Positions 42,764 to 50,702 of a stretch of DNA of 64,000 nucleotides are shown here, in pieces. Made by a program: the position numbers and the translations under genes. This stretch comes from an uncultured Erysipelotrichaceae bacterium (GTDB lineage: Bacteria > Bacillota_I > Bacilli_A > RFN20 > CAG-826), in assembly GCA_902802905.1 (NCBI GenBank), contig CADCNT010000010.1:2393-66392 (forward strand). Reading direction: 5' to 3'. The notes under the pieces are model-generated. The model worked only from the letters and a program-made list of their open reading frames with translations. It had not been told where the DNA came from and made no database searches. Positions within the stretch are counted from its first letter, which is position 1. Each line of letters begins with the position of its first letter.

Positions 42764-43198
42764 ATGACGTTTAACGAAATTTACAGCACGTACTTAAATT
42801 ATTCACAAGATGAAAAAATCGCACTTGCAAAAGGCGCGACAGTTGAATTGCTTAAGTTTTTCCAAAAAGTTGGCTTGACGGAAGACAATCCTGAATTAGT
42901 TCAATCTTTCTTTCATACATTGCTTTCACTCTTCATTGGTGCAGATGGTAAAATCACCTCTAATGAAGCTGCAATTTATAATGAGATTTTTGGAACAAAC
43001 TATCGTCCATCCGAAATGGTAGGATTTGTTGGTGAAGTTATTAAAGAAACAGATAATTTTATTGACATAGATTCATTTATCGACCAAATGAATCAAGAAC
43101 AAAAAACATTATGCTGCTATATTATTTTAGCGATTATAACAGCTGATGGAAACGTTACCGCTGAAGAATCTGCCGCATTTGAAAGAATCTTAGCTTAA
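42764..43198 (+). CDS. TerB-like protein
   Basis: Two ADG.(I/V)T..E motifs (GADGKITSNE, TADGNVTAEE) in a helical protein. Confidence 0.65.
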   Translation: MTFNEIYSTYLNYSQDEKIALAKGATVELLKFFQKVGLTEDNPELVQSFFHTLLSLFIGADGKITSNEAAIYNEIFGTNYRPSEMVGFVGEVIKETDNFIDIDSFIDQMNQEQKTLCCYIILAIITADGNVTAEESAAFERILA

Positions 43199-43215
43199 TT
43201 TCTAAAGGTAAACAT

Positions 43216-43244
43216 AAGACACTCCTAAAAAATGGGGTGTTTTT
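43216..43244 (+). terminator. Intrinsic terminator
   Basis: AGACACTCC...GGGGTGTTT-TT. Confidence 0.65.
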
Positions 43245-43297
43245 ATTATAGAACATTATCAAATCAATTATGTTAAAATATCAATAAGGGAATAATA

Positions 43298-43876
43298 ATG
43301 GCGAGTGATTTAGGAAAAAGCTATAAGCTTAAAAAGATAAAAATTAATTATCCAAATGGTGATGTTTATGAAGGAATGGGCGCTGCCTATTATAATCCGC
43401 CATATGAACCTCATGGAATAGGTCGATATTATCAAAAGTCTAGTGGAATTACTTTTGAAGCAGACTGGGAGTGGAGAAAGGGACCAGACTTTAAATCGAT
43501 AAGAATAATAAATAAGCCATTAGGAAAATCGTTTGTTATCTTACAGGTTTACGCTGGTGAGATTTATAGCGATTTAGTTCATCTTGATATAATCGAGGCA
43601 AAAGAAGGAGAATACGCCTTTAAAGATTTGCCATCTATCATCTTAGAACCACATAGTTGGTCAAAACATCAATTTGTTATAAAGAAAGTAAGCGACGAAG
43701 AATTGATTTTTGATTTTACCGGTCCGAAAGTGGATCACGGTAATTTTATCAACAAGCGCGCACCTAAGAATGAGCCAAAAGAATATGAATCAACTGTATC
43801 ATCACATATCATTTGGGATCACGATGATGAATATGATGTGAGCCAAACCGCAAAAATCGAACTATTATATTTTTAA
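43298..43876 (+). CDS. Hypothetical protein with an N-terminal MORN-like repeat
   Basis: YPNGDVYEG...PHGIGRYY...GITFEADW. Confidence 0.65.
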   Translation: MASDLGKSYKLKKIKINYPNGDVYEGMGAAYYNPPYEPHGIGRYYQKSSGITFEADWEWRKGPDFKSIRIINKPLGKSFVILQVYAGEIYSDLVHLDIIEAKEGEYAFKDLPSIILEPHSWSKHQFVIKKVSDEELIFDFTGPKVDHGNFINKRAPKNEPKEYESTVSSHIIWDHDDEYDVSQTAKIELLYF

Positions 43877-43884
43877 AAGGTAGC

Positions 43885-43968
43885 TGTCGTCGTCCAAATC
43901 CACTTATCTGGTTTTGCACAAAACGACTTATTCAACATAGATGAGGCCTCCGCGTGAGGTCTTTTCTT
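43885..43968 (+). repeat. ~84-bp intergenic element copy 2
   Basis: Homologous to 41332-41414 (CACTTAT...ACAAAACGACTTAT...CATAGAT.AGGCCTC...GAGGTCTTTTCTT). Confidence 0.8.
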
Positions 43969-43999
43969 GTGGCACATTTGTGACAAATGGTGTGATAAT
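43968..43999 (+). promoter_or_regulatory. Regulon motif copy 3
   Basis: TGTGGCA-CATT-TGTGACA-aatgg-TGTGATAAT upstream of precursor 4. Confidence 0.8.
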
Positions 44000-44026
44000 A
44001 TAAAAATCAACAAGGAGACTTGCGAT

Positions 44027-44323
44027 ATGAAACAAGAATTATTAAAAGGATTAACTGAAGAACAAATTGCTAAAGTCAAGAAATGCAAGAACTACGACGA
44101 ACTATTAGAACTTGCCAAAGCTGAAGGTGTTGAATTAACTGACGAACAATTAAAAATTGTTAGTGGCGGTGGCAAAGACTATTGTCAATCTACACCAAGC
44201 GACCCGTGTATGTATTGCGGATCAAAAGACGTCAAATATAAAAGAGAAACAACTGGTGTCTTATTTGATTACCAATATTGTGGCACATGTAGAACATGCG
44301 GAAGATCCTTTTATATTTTTTAA
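44027..44323 (+). CDS. Nif11-like leader precursor 4
   Basis: Start ATG 44027 after AAGGAG; core GKDYC...CMYC-X23-CRTCGRSF. Confidence 0.88.
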   Translation: MKQELLKGLTEEQIAKVKKCKNYDELLELAKAEGVELTDEQLKIVSGGGKDYCQSTPSDPCMYCGSKDVKYKRETTGVLFDYQYCGTCRTCGRSFYIF

Positions 44324-44368
44324 TTATAAAAGCGTAATAACCAAATACCCCTTTATATTATTAAATTT

Positions 44369-44392
44369 GAAGCCGTTTAAAAGCGGCTTTTT
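44369..44392 (+). terminator. Intrinsic terminator
   Basis: GAAGCCG-TTTAAAAG-CGGCTTT-TT. Confidence 0.7.
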
Positions 44393-44393
44393 G

Positions 44394-44425
44394 TGTGGCA
44401 CATTTGTGACAGATACTGTGATAGC
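44394..44425 (+). promoter_or_regulatory. Regulon motif copy 4
   Basis: TGTGGCA-CATT-TGTGACA-gatac-TGTGATAGC upstream of precursor 5. Confidence 0.8.
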
Positions 44426-44453
44426 ATAGAATTAACAAAGGAGAACTTTGAAA

Positions 44454-44723
44454 ATGAAAGAAGAATTATTAAAAGGTTTAAGCGAAGAACAAATCGCGAA
44501 AGTTAAAAAATGTAAAAGCCAAGATGAATTATTAAAACTCGCTAAAGAGGAAGGCATTGAATTAACTAGTGAGCAAATCGAAGCCGTCAGTGGTGGCGGA
44601 TGTTTCTCAAGCATGAAATGCCCAAATTGTGGTTCAAAAGATTTTAGAAAATTGCCAAATTACCAAATAAGTGGATGTTCAACTTATAAATGTAATGCAT
44701 GCGGTCACGAGTGGTCTTTATAA
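44454..44723 (+). CDS. Nif11-like leader precursor 5
   Basis: Leader ...EAVSGG; core GC...CPNC-X20-CNACGHEW. Confidence 0.88.
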   Translation: MKEELLKGLSEEQIAKVKKCKSQDELLKLAKEEGIELTSEQIEAVSGGGCFSSMKCPNCGSKDFRKLPNYQISGCSTYKCNACGHEWSL

Positions 44724-44781
44724 AATAAACACGATAAGTGAATTAATAAAATACTATCAAAAGATTTATACCGTATAGATT

Positions 44782-44805
44782 AGGCCTTTTCGGAGGCCTT
44801 TTTTT
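44782..44805 (+). terminator. Intrinsic terminator (related to the 84-bp element)
   Basis: AGGCCTT-TTCG-GAGGCCT followed by a T-run. Confidence 0.75.
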
Positions 44806-44836
44806 GTGGCACTTTTGTGACAATACCTATGATAGT
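44805..44836 (+). promoter_or_regulatory. Regulon motif copy 5
   Basis: TGTGGCA-CTTT-TGTGACA-atacc-TATGATAGT upstream of precursors 6-7. Confidence 0.8.
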
Positions 44837-44864
44837 ATATGAATATCAAAGGAGAATTTTGAAA

Positions 44865-45149
44865 ATGAAAGAAGAATTACTTAAAGGTTTAACTGAAGAA
44901 CAAATCGCTAAAGTAAAAGCTTGCAAAAACCAAGATGAATTGTTAGCGTTAGCCAAACAAGAAGGCGTTGAACTCACAGATGAACAATTAGCCGCTGTTT
45001 CCGGTGGTATCTGCACAAGTACACCTACCTTTATCTGCCCAAAATGTGGTTCTGCCAAAATTAAAACTAGATATAATGAAAACTCTATTGCTGAATGGTG
45101 GAATAATACCTGTCAAGATTGTGGATTTGTCTGGATTGTTAATAAATAA
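44865..45149 (+). CDS. Nif11-like leader precursor 6
   Basis: Leader ...AAVSGG; core IC...CPKC-X21-CQDCGFVW. Confidence 0.88.
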   Translation: MKEELLKGLTEEQIAKVKACKNQDELLALAKQEGVELTDEQLAAVSGGICTSTPTFICPKCGSAKIKTRYNENSIAEWWNNTCQDCGFVWIVNK

Positions 45150-45167
45150 TAAAGGAGAATTTTGAAA

Positions 45168-45455
45168 ATGAAAAAAGATTTATTCAAAGGTTTAAGCGAA
45201 GAACAAATCGCTAAAGTAAAAGCTTGTAAAAATAGTGAAGAACTCTTGGCTTTAGCTAAAGCAGAGGGCATTGAACTTACAGATGAACAACTAGCCGCGA
45301 TTAGTGGTGGTGGCGCTTGTAGTGTTGTTTCAGATCTCGGAGATAAAATCAATCCTTTTGATTGCCCATTCTGTGGATATAACGGTAAATTTGATAAAGA
45401 CGGTAATGAAATTACCTGTCCAAAATGTGGAAAAACTTGGAGAGATAACGGTTAA
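45168..45455 (+). CDS. Nif11-like leader precursor 7
   Basis: Leader ...AAISGG; core GAC...CPFC-X14-CPKCGKTW. Confidence 0.88.
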   Translation: MKKDLFKGLSEEQIAKVKACKNSEELLALAKAEGIELTDEQLAAISGGGACSVVSDLGDKINPFDCPFCGYNGKFDKDGNEITCPKCGKTWRDNG

Positions 45456-45515
45456 TATTTAAAGCTTTTTGATATTCGAAAATAAGTTCTCGAATAAAAA
45501 AAGAATAAGCCTCTA

Positions 45516-45545
45516 AAAAGCCGAGTGCAAAATCTCGGTTTTTTT
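45516..45545 (+). terminator. Intrinsic terminator
   Basis: AAAAGCCGAG-TGCAAAAT-CTCGGTTTTTTT, similar to 42109-42132. Confidence 0.75.
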
Positions 45546-45578
45546 GTGGCACTTTTGTGACATAGGTATTGATACAAT
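45545..45578 (+). promoter_or_regulatory. Regulon motif copy 6
   Basis: TGTGGCA-CTTT-TGTGACA-taggt-ATTGATACAAT upstream of the lipase gene. Confidence 0.75.
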
Positions 45579-45620
45579 AATAAGCGAAGGGAAAATAATT
45601 ATTATTTTTAAGAGAGTTAT

Positions 45621-47624
45621 ATGAAAAATTTTGCATTAATGTTCTTCCTCTCATGTGGGCTTGTCACTGGTGTTGCTAGTGGTGGGGCTCCTACTAGAGC
45701 AAATGAAACTTATGAAGTGAATAAGTATTCTTTTTTCTACGCTCCTGATAGTAGATATGAAACTGCACCTCACTTCACCGCCGATATTTATTTTTCCCAA
45801 TCCTATTTTGAACACTCATCCTATGAATATGACACACATTTAGCTACTGCTTCCCTTTGCTTAGCGATGTCCACTTATCCTGACTATACTTCAGCATATG
45901 ATGATGAATGGTATCAAAGCCAACCTAAGTTTATTAAGAATACATTGGAGACTATTGGCTTTAATTCATTTACTACTAATCAAGATTACGTAGAAACTGC
46001 GAGAATGGATTCTATTGGTTTGGCCATTGCTAAAAAAGAATTTAATAATTATACAGTTATTGCTGTGGCACCTAGATCTGGTGGCTATTATAGAGAATGG
46101 GCAAACAATATGCATTTAGGCGATGGCACTAAGTCAGACTATATGCATGAAGGCTGGTATAACGCAGCTAATAAGTTAATTGATTTTGTTATTAATTACG
46201 TTAAAGATAACCAAGTCACTGGACGTGTGAAATTATGGATGACAGGTTATTCTAGAGGCGGAGCAACCGCTAATTTGGCTGCCGGTTTAATTGATGCCCG
46301 TTTAGATAAGGGTGAAAACTTATTAGGTAATCAAGCCAGTTTAACTAGAGAAGATGTCTATGCTTATACATTTGAAGCGCCTCAAGGAGCGAATGTAAAT
46401 TCTAAAACCATTAAACTCCCTAAAGATGCCATTTATGGCAATATCTTTAATGTAATTCATCCTAATGATATCGTTCCTAAAGTTGCGATGGCGGAGTATG
46501 GCTTTACTCGCTTTGGAATTGATAAATTCATTACCACTAAATTTTATGATCCTAGCAATTACGACAGTAATCGCCGTGTCTTTAATAAGTTATTTGATAT
46601 CGTCAATCAAAATGATGAAGTCAAATACAGCGGTGATAATTTTGGAATGTATGGTCTTAAAATTGAAGACTTCTTAAGAATTATTACCGTGATTCCTGCG
46701 ATTGTTGGTTTAATTACTGGTGACCTTGGTCAAGCAAAAGACAAAACTAAGGCCAATTATGACGCCAATATTGCATCAACCTTATTCATTGAAGAAATTA
46801 CCTCAGAACTAGGTTCTAGAGATAACTATGTTAAGAAATATCAACCCTCTTTAGAGAATTTGATGCTTATTATGAAGAACGAACAGTACACTGATATACC
46901 TTCTACTCCAGGTTTAGTGTTAAGAATGTTTATCCTTACTGTTTTATCTAGTTCTCTTTTAGGTAATTTTAATTCGATACAAAAGGCTATTAAGAGTAGC
47001 GTAGGTTCTTATGCGTCTGCAATCGTGGACCTCCTTGATGTTTTAGTTGATCCAATGGTGGATGCATATTGGGAAAGACCAAATGAACTTATCTCTATTG
47101 CAGTGCATATTGGTGATATCTTCCAAAACCATTATGCGGATATCATTCTCGCCCATGTGCAAGCACAAGATAGTTACTATATTGATGACTATAACAAGAA
47201 TAATGAAGAAAAGATTAGTGTTGTTTCTTTTAGAAATAACGCTGATTTTGGAAGAATGAAATTCTTCGGCTTTAATGATTTAGGCTTAAGATTAGAGAGC
47301 AAGAACGGCACTCGTGTTGTTAACGTTGAAGGACATCTTGTTGGCAAGAGCGATATTGAGCAATGCAATAAAGAATATGCGGTTGGCTATTATAGCTATA
47401 TTACCGAAGAGAAGATGGAACTATTTATGCCTATCAATAAGAAATATAACATCTCGATGAAGTCTTATTCTAAAAAGCCACGTCACCGCGTTGAATATTG
47501 GGCTTACTATCAATTCTTTGCTTTAGATAATCGCGGAGTAAAAAGAGCGCAACTAGACCATAAAAAAGACACAGCCTACTTTAACTCTGATCGCTTTAAA
47601 CGCGACGTTAATGTCAAACTATAA
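45621..47624 (+). CDS. Secreted alpha/beta hydrolase, lipase class 3-like
   Basis: Signal peptide; HEGW, WMTGYSRGG (GxSxG), YTFEAP, NVIHPNDIVPKV. Confidence 0.82.
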   Translation: MKNFALMFFLSCGLVTGVASGGAPTRANETYEVNKYSFFYAPDSRYETAPHFTADIYFSQSYFEHSSYEYDTHLATASLCLAMSTYPDYTSAYDDEWYQSQPKFIKNTLETIGFNSFTTNQDYVETARMDSIGLAIAKKEFNNYTVIAVAPRSGGYYREWANNMHLGDGTKSDYMHEGWYNAANKLIDFVINYVKDNQVTGRVKLWMTGYSRGGATANLAAGLIDARLDKGENLLGNQASLTREDVYAYTFEAPQGANVNSKTIKLPKDAIYGNIFNVIHPNDIVPKVAMAEYGFTRFGIDKFITTKFYDPSNYDSNRRVFNKLFDIVNQNDEVKYSGDNFGMYGLKIEDFLRIITVIPAIVGLITGDLGQAKDKTKANYDANIASTLFIEEITSELGSRDNYVKKYQPSLENLMLIMKNEQYTDIPSTPGLVLRMFILTVLSSSLLGNFNSIQKAIKSSVGSYASAIVDLLDVLVDPMVDAYWERPNELISIAVHIGDIFQNHYADIILAHVQAQDSYYIDDYNKNNEEKISVVSFRNNADFGRMKFFGFNDLGLRLESKNGTRVVNVEGHLVGKSDIEQCNKEYAVGYYSYITEEKMELFMPINKKYNISMKSYSKKPRHRVEYWAYYQFFALDNRGVKRAQLDHKKDTAYFNSDRFKRDVNVKL

Positions 47625-47637
47625 GGAGGAAAAGAAG

Positions 47638-48723
47638 ATGAAAAGAAATGCTTTATTATTAATTCCTCTAGTGGTGGGACTTGTCTCTTGTAGTAACTCT
47701 TCTAGTGTTCCAAATCGAGAGACTGTGAATAGATTAAAAGAATTGTTAAGTAAACAAGACTTGTCTGAATTCTACACTAAAACAGTAAATGGTATTTATT
47801 CACAAGAATATGATGTTTTAGACATTGAAAAAGACGGAGAAGAAAGAACAACAAGTTATTTCAGCTATCTTGGAGTTGGTCTATTCGGTTTCTATTATGA
47901 TCTTAGCAAGAATCAATATGACTCTATTGTTGATGAAAATGGTGATATTGATACCTTTGATGCGATTTCTACTGGGCAAGGATCATATGGCATCATGCAA
48001 GTATCCAGAACCATGTATTTTAATAGAGAAGGTAGTTCCGAGGCCAAAATTAATAACCTCGATATTTCACAAAATGTTAATCTTAAAACTGTCGAACAAG
48101 ATCTCTGGGTCGAAAATAGTCTACTTGTTAGCGATGATGGTGTCTTTCAGTATGAAACTCGTCAAGAATTCTCCGCTATTATAAATAGAGAATTATTATT
48201 TAACTCTGTTTCTACTAGAACATTCCGTGATATTTTTTCAAAAGTAGATTTATTTGACACTCCTGGGAATGTTGAACATTTAGATAAGTTATATTTTTCC
48301 ATCTGTCGAGATTTAGCAAACAAAAGCGATAAGCAAATTAGTAATTTCATAAAAGCAAATCAAGTTTCTATTCAAGAAGAACAAAATAATGTTGAAGTAA
48401 GTTTTGTTTACACTAACGAAGATCTTGAAGAAGAGGAAATGGATTATATTTTCCCTGGTGCGATTAAAGGAACACTTTATTTTGATAAAGAAACTTATCA
48501 ATTCTTAAACTTCGAATACGAAATGGTATATCAAGTCGAAACCTATGATAGGGAAACTGGTAGCATTAAGGTCATTAATACAAAATTCACTTGTTCTGGA
48601 GAATCCACTCGTGAAATACCACATGATACAGTAGAACCAATTAACCCAACAATCTATGATGATGTTGCTCAGTTTTTAGAAGATGTAAATGAAAATGTCG
48701 TGCCACCAAGTATTGTCATATAG
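47638..48723 (+). CDS. Acidic lipoprotein of unknown function
   Basis: RBS AAGGAGG, lipobox LVSC; starts 13 nt after the lipase stop. Confidence 0.78.
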   Translation: MKRNALLLIPLVVGLVSCSNSSSVPNRETVNRLKELLSKQDLSEFYTKTVNGIYSQEYDVLDIEKDGEERTTSYFSYLGVGLFGFYYDLSKNQYDSIVDENGDIDTFDAISTGQGSYGIMQVSRTMYFNREGSSEAKINNLDISQNVNLKTVEQDLWVENSLLVSDDGVFQYETRQEFSAIINRELLFNSVSTRTFRDIFSKVDLFDTPGNVEHLDKLYFSICRDLANKSDKQISNFIKANQVSIQEEQNNVEVSFVYTNEDLEEEEMDYIFPGAIKGTLYFDKETYQFLNFEYEMVYQVETYDRETGSIKVINTKFTCSGESTREIPHDTVEPINPTIYDDVAQFLEDVNENVVPPSIVI

Positions 48724-48734
48724 TTTGTTATCTA

Positions 48735-48764
48735 TTTGGCACTTTTGTGACATTTCATGTGCTT
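48735..48764 (+). promoter_or_regulatory. Regulon motif copy 7 (degenerate, no ORF directly behind it)
   Basis: TTTGGCA-CTTT-TGTGACA-tttca-TGTGCTT. Confidence 0.55.
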
Positions 48765-48805
48765 CAAAGGTAAAATATTGCCAAAGCTTCGTGCGATGGC
48801 GTTTG

Positions 48806-48840
48806 AAAACAGTATCGAAAGCTCGGTACTGTTTTGTTTT
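48806..48840 (+). terminator. Intrinsic terminator
   Basis: AAAACAGTATCGA-AAGC-TCGGTACTGTTTT. Confidence 0.75.
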
Positions 48841-48902
48841 ATAAAGTGGCACACCTATTCTTCTTTTTGAAAGAATGAATGTTTTGATAAAATGAAATTG
48901 TT

Positions 48903-49613
48903 ATGAGAAGAATATATTTCTCTTGGATAATCGCGGTACTTGGAATTTTTGGCACTGTTTATGGTGCTTATTTGCTCATTTATCACTTTAATCACGGAAA
49001 TTGGCTTTCCGCTTTCAGTTTAGTATTACTTATTATTGGCATAGTGTGTTTATTGCTTTCTATTCCTGTGTGGATTATTTCCTATATAAACAATAAGAAA
49101 ATGAAGGATGAACCAACTCATCCACTTGTAAAAGAAGAGCCTAAAAAAGAAGTAGTGGAACAACCTAAAGAAGAAAAAATAGAACCAGTGCAAAGACAAA
49201 AACCAGCACGCAGCGGCTATATTTCTAGGTCTGATGATAAAACTTACACAAGTTATGTCCCAACTACGGTTTATGTAAAACAAGTCGGTTATGGACCTGT
49301 TTTAAGAGTGGAAGGTAATCGTATTTTAAATATGCGTTCTAATACGTATTATCGTATTGAAGGGAATATGGTTAACCAAGAAGGATCTGGTCCAGTGTTT
49401 GAAATAGTGGGTAACCAAATTAAAAATGCTTTTGGTGGCTACTTATTTGAATTAAGTGGCAGCAATATTAATAAAGTTTATGGTGGCTTTTATGCCTCTG
49501 TTAGCGGGAACTACATCTCCTTATATGATTTATCAATGAAATATGAGATGACAGATAGTTTGTCTAAGAAGCAAATACTCGTTGTTGCTGCCTTACTTTT
49601 TAGGAGTTTATAA
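48903..49613 (+). CDS. Membrane protein with five ~16-aa beta-repeats (beta-flower-like C-terminal domain)
   Basis: 2 transmembrane segments, P/E/K linker, repeats LRVEGNRI / YRIEGNMV / FEIVGNQI / FELSGSNI / ASVSGNYI, then a hydrophobic helix. Confidence 0.7.
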   Translation: MRRIYFSWIIAVLGIFGTVYGAYLLIYHFNHGNWLSAFSLVLLIIGIVCLLLSIPVWIISYINNKKMKDEPTHPLVKEEPKKEVVEQPKEEKIEPVQRQKPARSGYISRSDDKTYTSYVPTTVYVKQVGYGPVLRVEGNRILNMRSNTYYRIEGNMVNQEGSGPVFEIVGNQIKNAFGGYLFELSGSNINKVYGGFYASVSGNYISLYDLSMKYEMTDSLSKKQILVVAALLFRSL

Positions 49614-49618
49614 AAAAT

Positions 49619-49640
49619 AATCGCCTTATGAGGCGATTTT
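49619..49640. terminator. Bidirectional terminator
   Basis: AATCGCCT-TATG-AGGCGATT-TT between convergent genes. Confidence 0.8.
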
Positions 49641-49651
49641 CTTTTGTTTCT

Positions 49652-50635
49652 TTAGATTAGATTTTTTTTGAATTTATATTTTATGAAGTGATGAAATCTC
49701 TTATTCTTATCGAATAAAATGCTTTTTGTTCTATCCAGTTGTGGCTCAATTGCAATTCCTCTTCTGGCTTCTTGTTTTGAATTATTAGCGACAAAGCCTG
49801 GAGCAAAGTTATCAGTGTATATAACAACCGCATCTAAACTTGTTGATATATTAAGTTGGTAACGCTCATTTTTCAGTGTTATTTGACTGATATTTGGGTT
49901 AACTTTATCAAAAACCCAACAGTGGTCAAATCCTTTTAGCATTCCGTTATTTATCTCTTTGTTATCGATATCTATGCCTAGTTTCTTTTCTTTTCGGAAA
50001 TCTAAATAAGAAGGAACCGCTTTGCTTTTGGTGAAAATAAGATCTTTTGGATCTAACTGTAAATAATTAGACGCTTTTACTTGTAAGCTGAGATTATTTA
50101 CTCCAGCATCTCCTAAACAAAAGTAGGAGTGGTTAGTAAGAGATATTGGACATTTTCCATCTAGCGAACAATCTAACACTATTTTGATGTCTGGTTTATC
50201 GTTTGCTATTTCATATCTCACTTTGATTAATGCGTTAGAAGGAAAACCTGACTCTCCAGCTTTAGATAAGTATGAGAATGTGATAGATGTGTTTCTTTTG
50301 TTTTCTTTTACTACATACTTAAATTTTTGATTTGATAAACCATCTATTCCTCCATGGAGGGTTTTACTGTCTTCGTTAGCGGCTAAACGATATATATGTC
50401 CATCAATTTTGATAACACTGTCTTTAACTCTACCTGCGACTCTACCAATGGTTTTGCCGTGATAGACATCGTTTCTTACAAAATCTTTTATGTATTTTGG
50501 GCGATAAAGCATCTCCACGTCATCGTACACAATATAGAAAAGTGAAGCTCCTAAATCACATAGGGTGATAACCATATGAGAGTTATTAGTAACTTGGATG
50601 AATTTTAGATTTTCTTTTTCAAAGGTTTTAATCAT
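49652..50635 (-). CDS. galM: Aldose 1-epimerase (mutarotase)
   Basis: GKTIGRVAGR, LHGG, TNHSYF, GFDH, IYTDN, IAIEPQ. Confidence 0.88.
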   Translation of the reverse strand: MIKTFEKENLKFIQVTNNSHMVITLCDLGASLFYIVYDDVEMLYRPKYIKDFVRNDVYHGKTIGRVAGRVKDSVIKIDGHIYRLAANEDSKTLHGGIDGLSNQKFKYVVKENKRNTSITFSYLSKAGESGFPSNALIKVRYEIANDKPDIKIVLDCSLDGKCPISLTNHSYFCLGDAGVNNLSLQVKASNYLQLDPKDLIFTKSKAVPSYLDFRKEKKLGIDIDNKEINNGMLKGFDHCWVFDKVNPNISQITLKNERYQLNISTSLDAVVIYTDNFAPGFVANNSKQEARRGIAIEPQLDRTKSILFDKNKRFHHFIKYKFKKNLI

Positions 50636-50702
50636 ATTGCTACCTTAAATTATAACTTAGATTGTTGTGATTATAACCATCAAACATTACAATTAAAAAG
50701 CA

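Noticed and set aside
41741-45352. Family of similar minus-strand ORFs (41741-42007, 42366-42599, 43873-44088, 44432-44614, 44846-45058, 45113-45352)
   Set aside because: They are antisense shadows of the conserved leader DNA. The + strand has the RBS, promoter motif and family signature.
41489-45455. Precursors as IS1/IS1595 transposase zinc-ribbon fragments
   Set aside because: The CxxC pattern is similar, but each ribbon is fused to an intact GG leader with an RBS. No transposase catalytic domain or terminal inverted repeats were seen.
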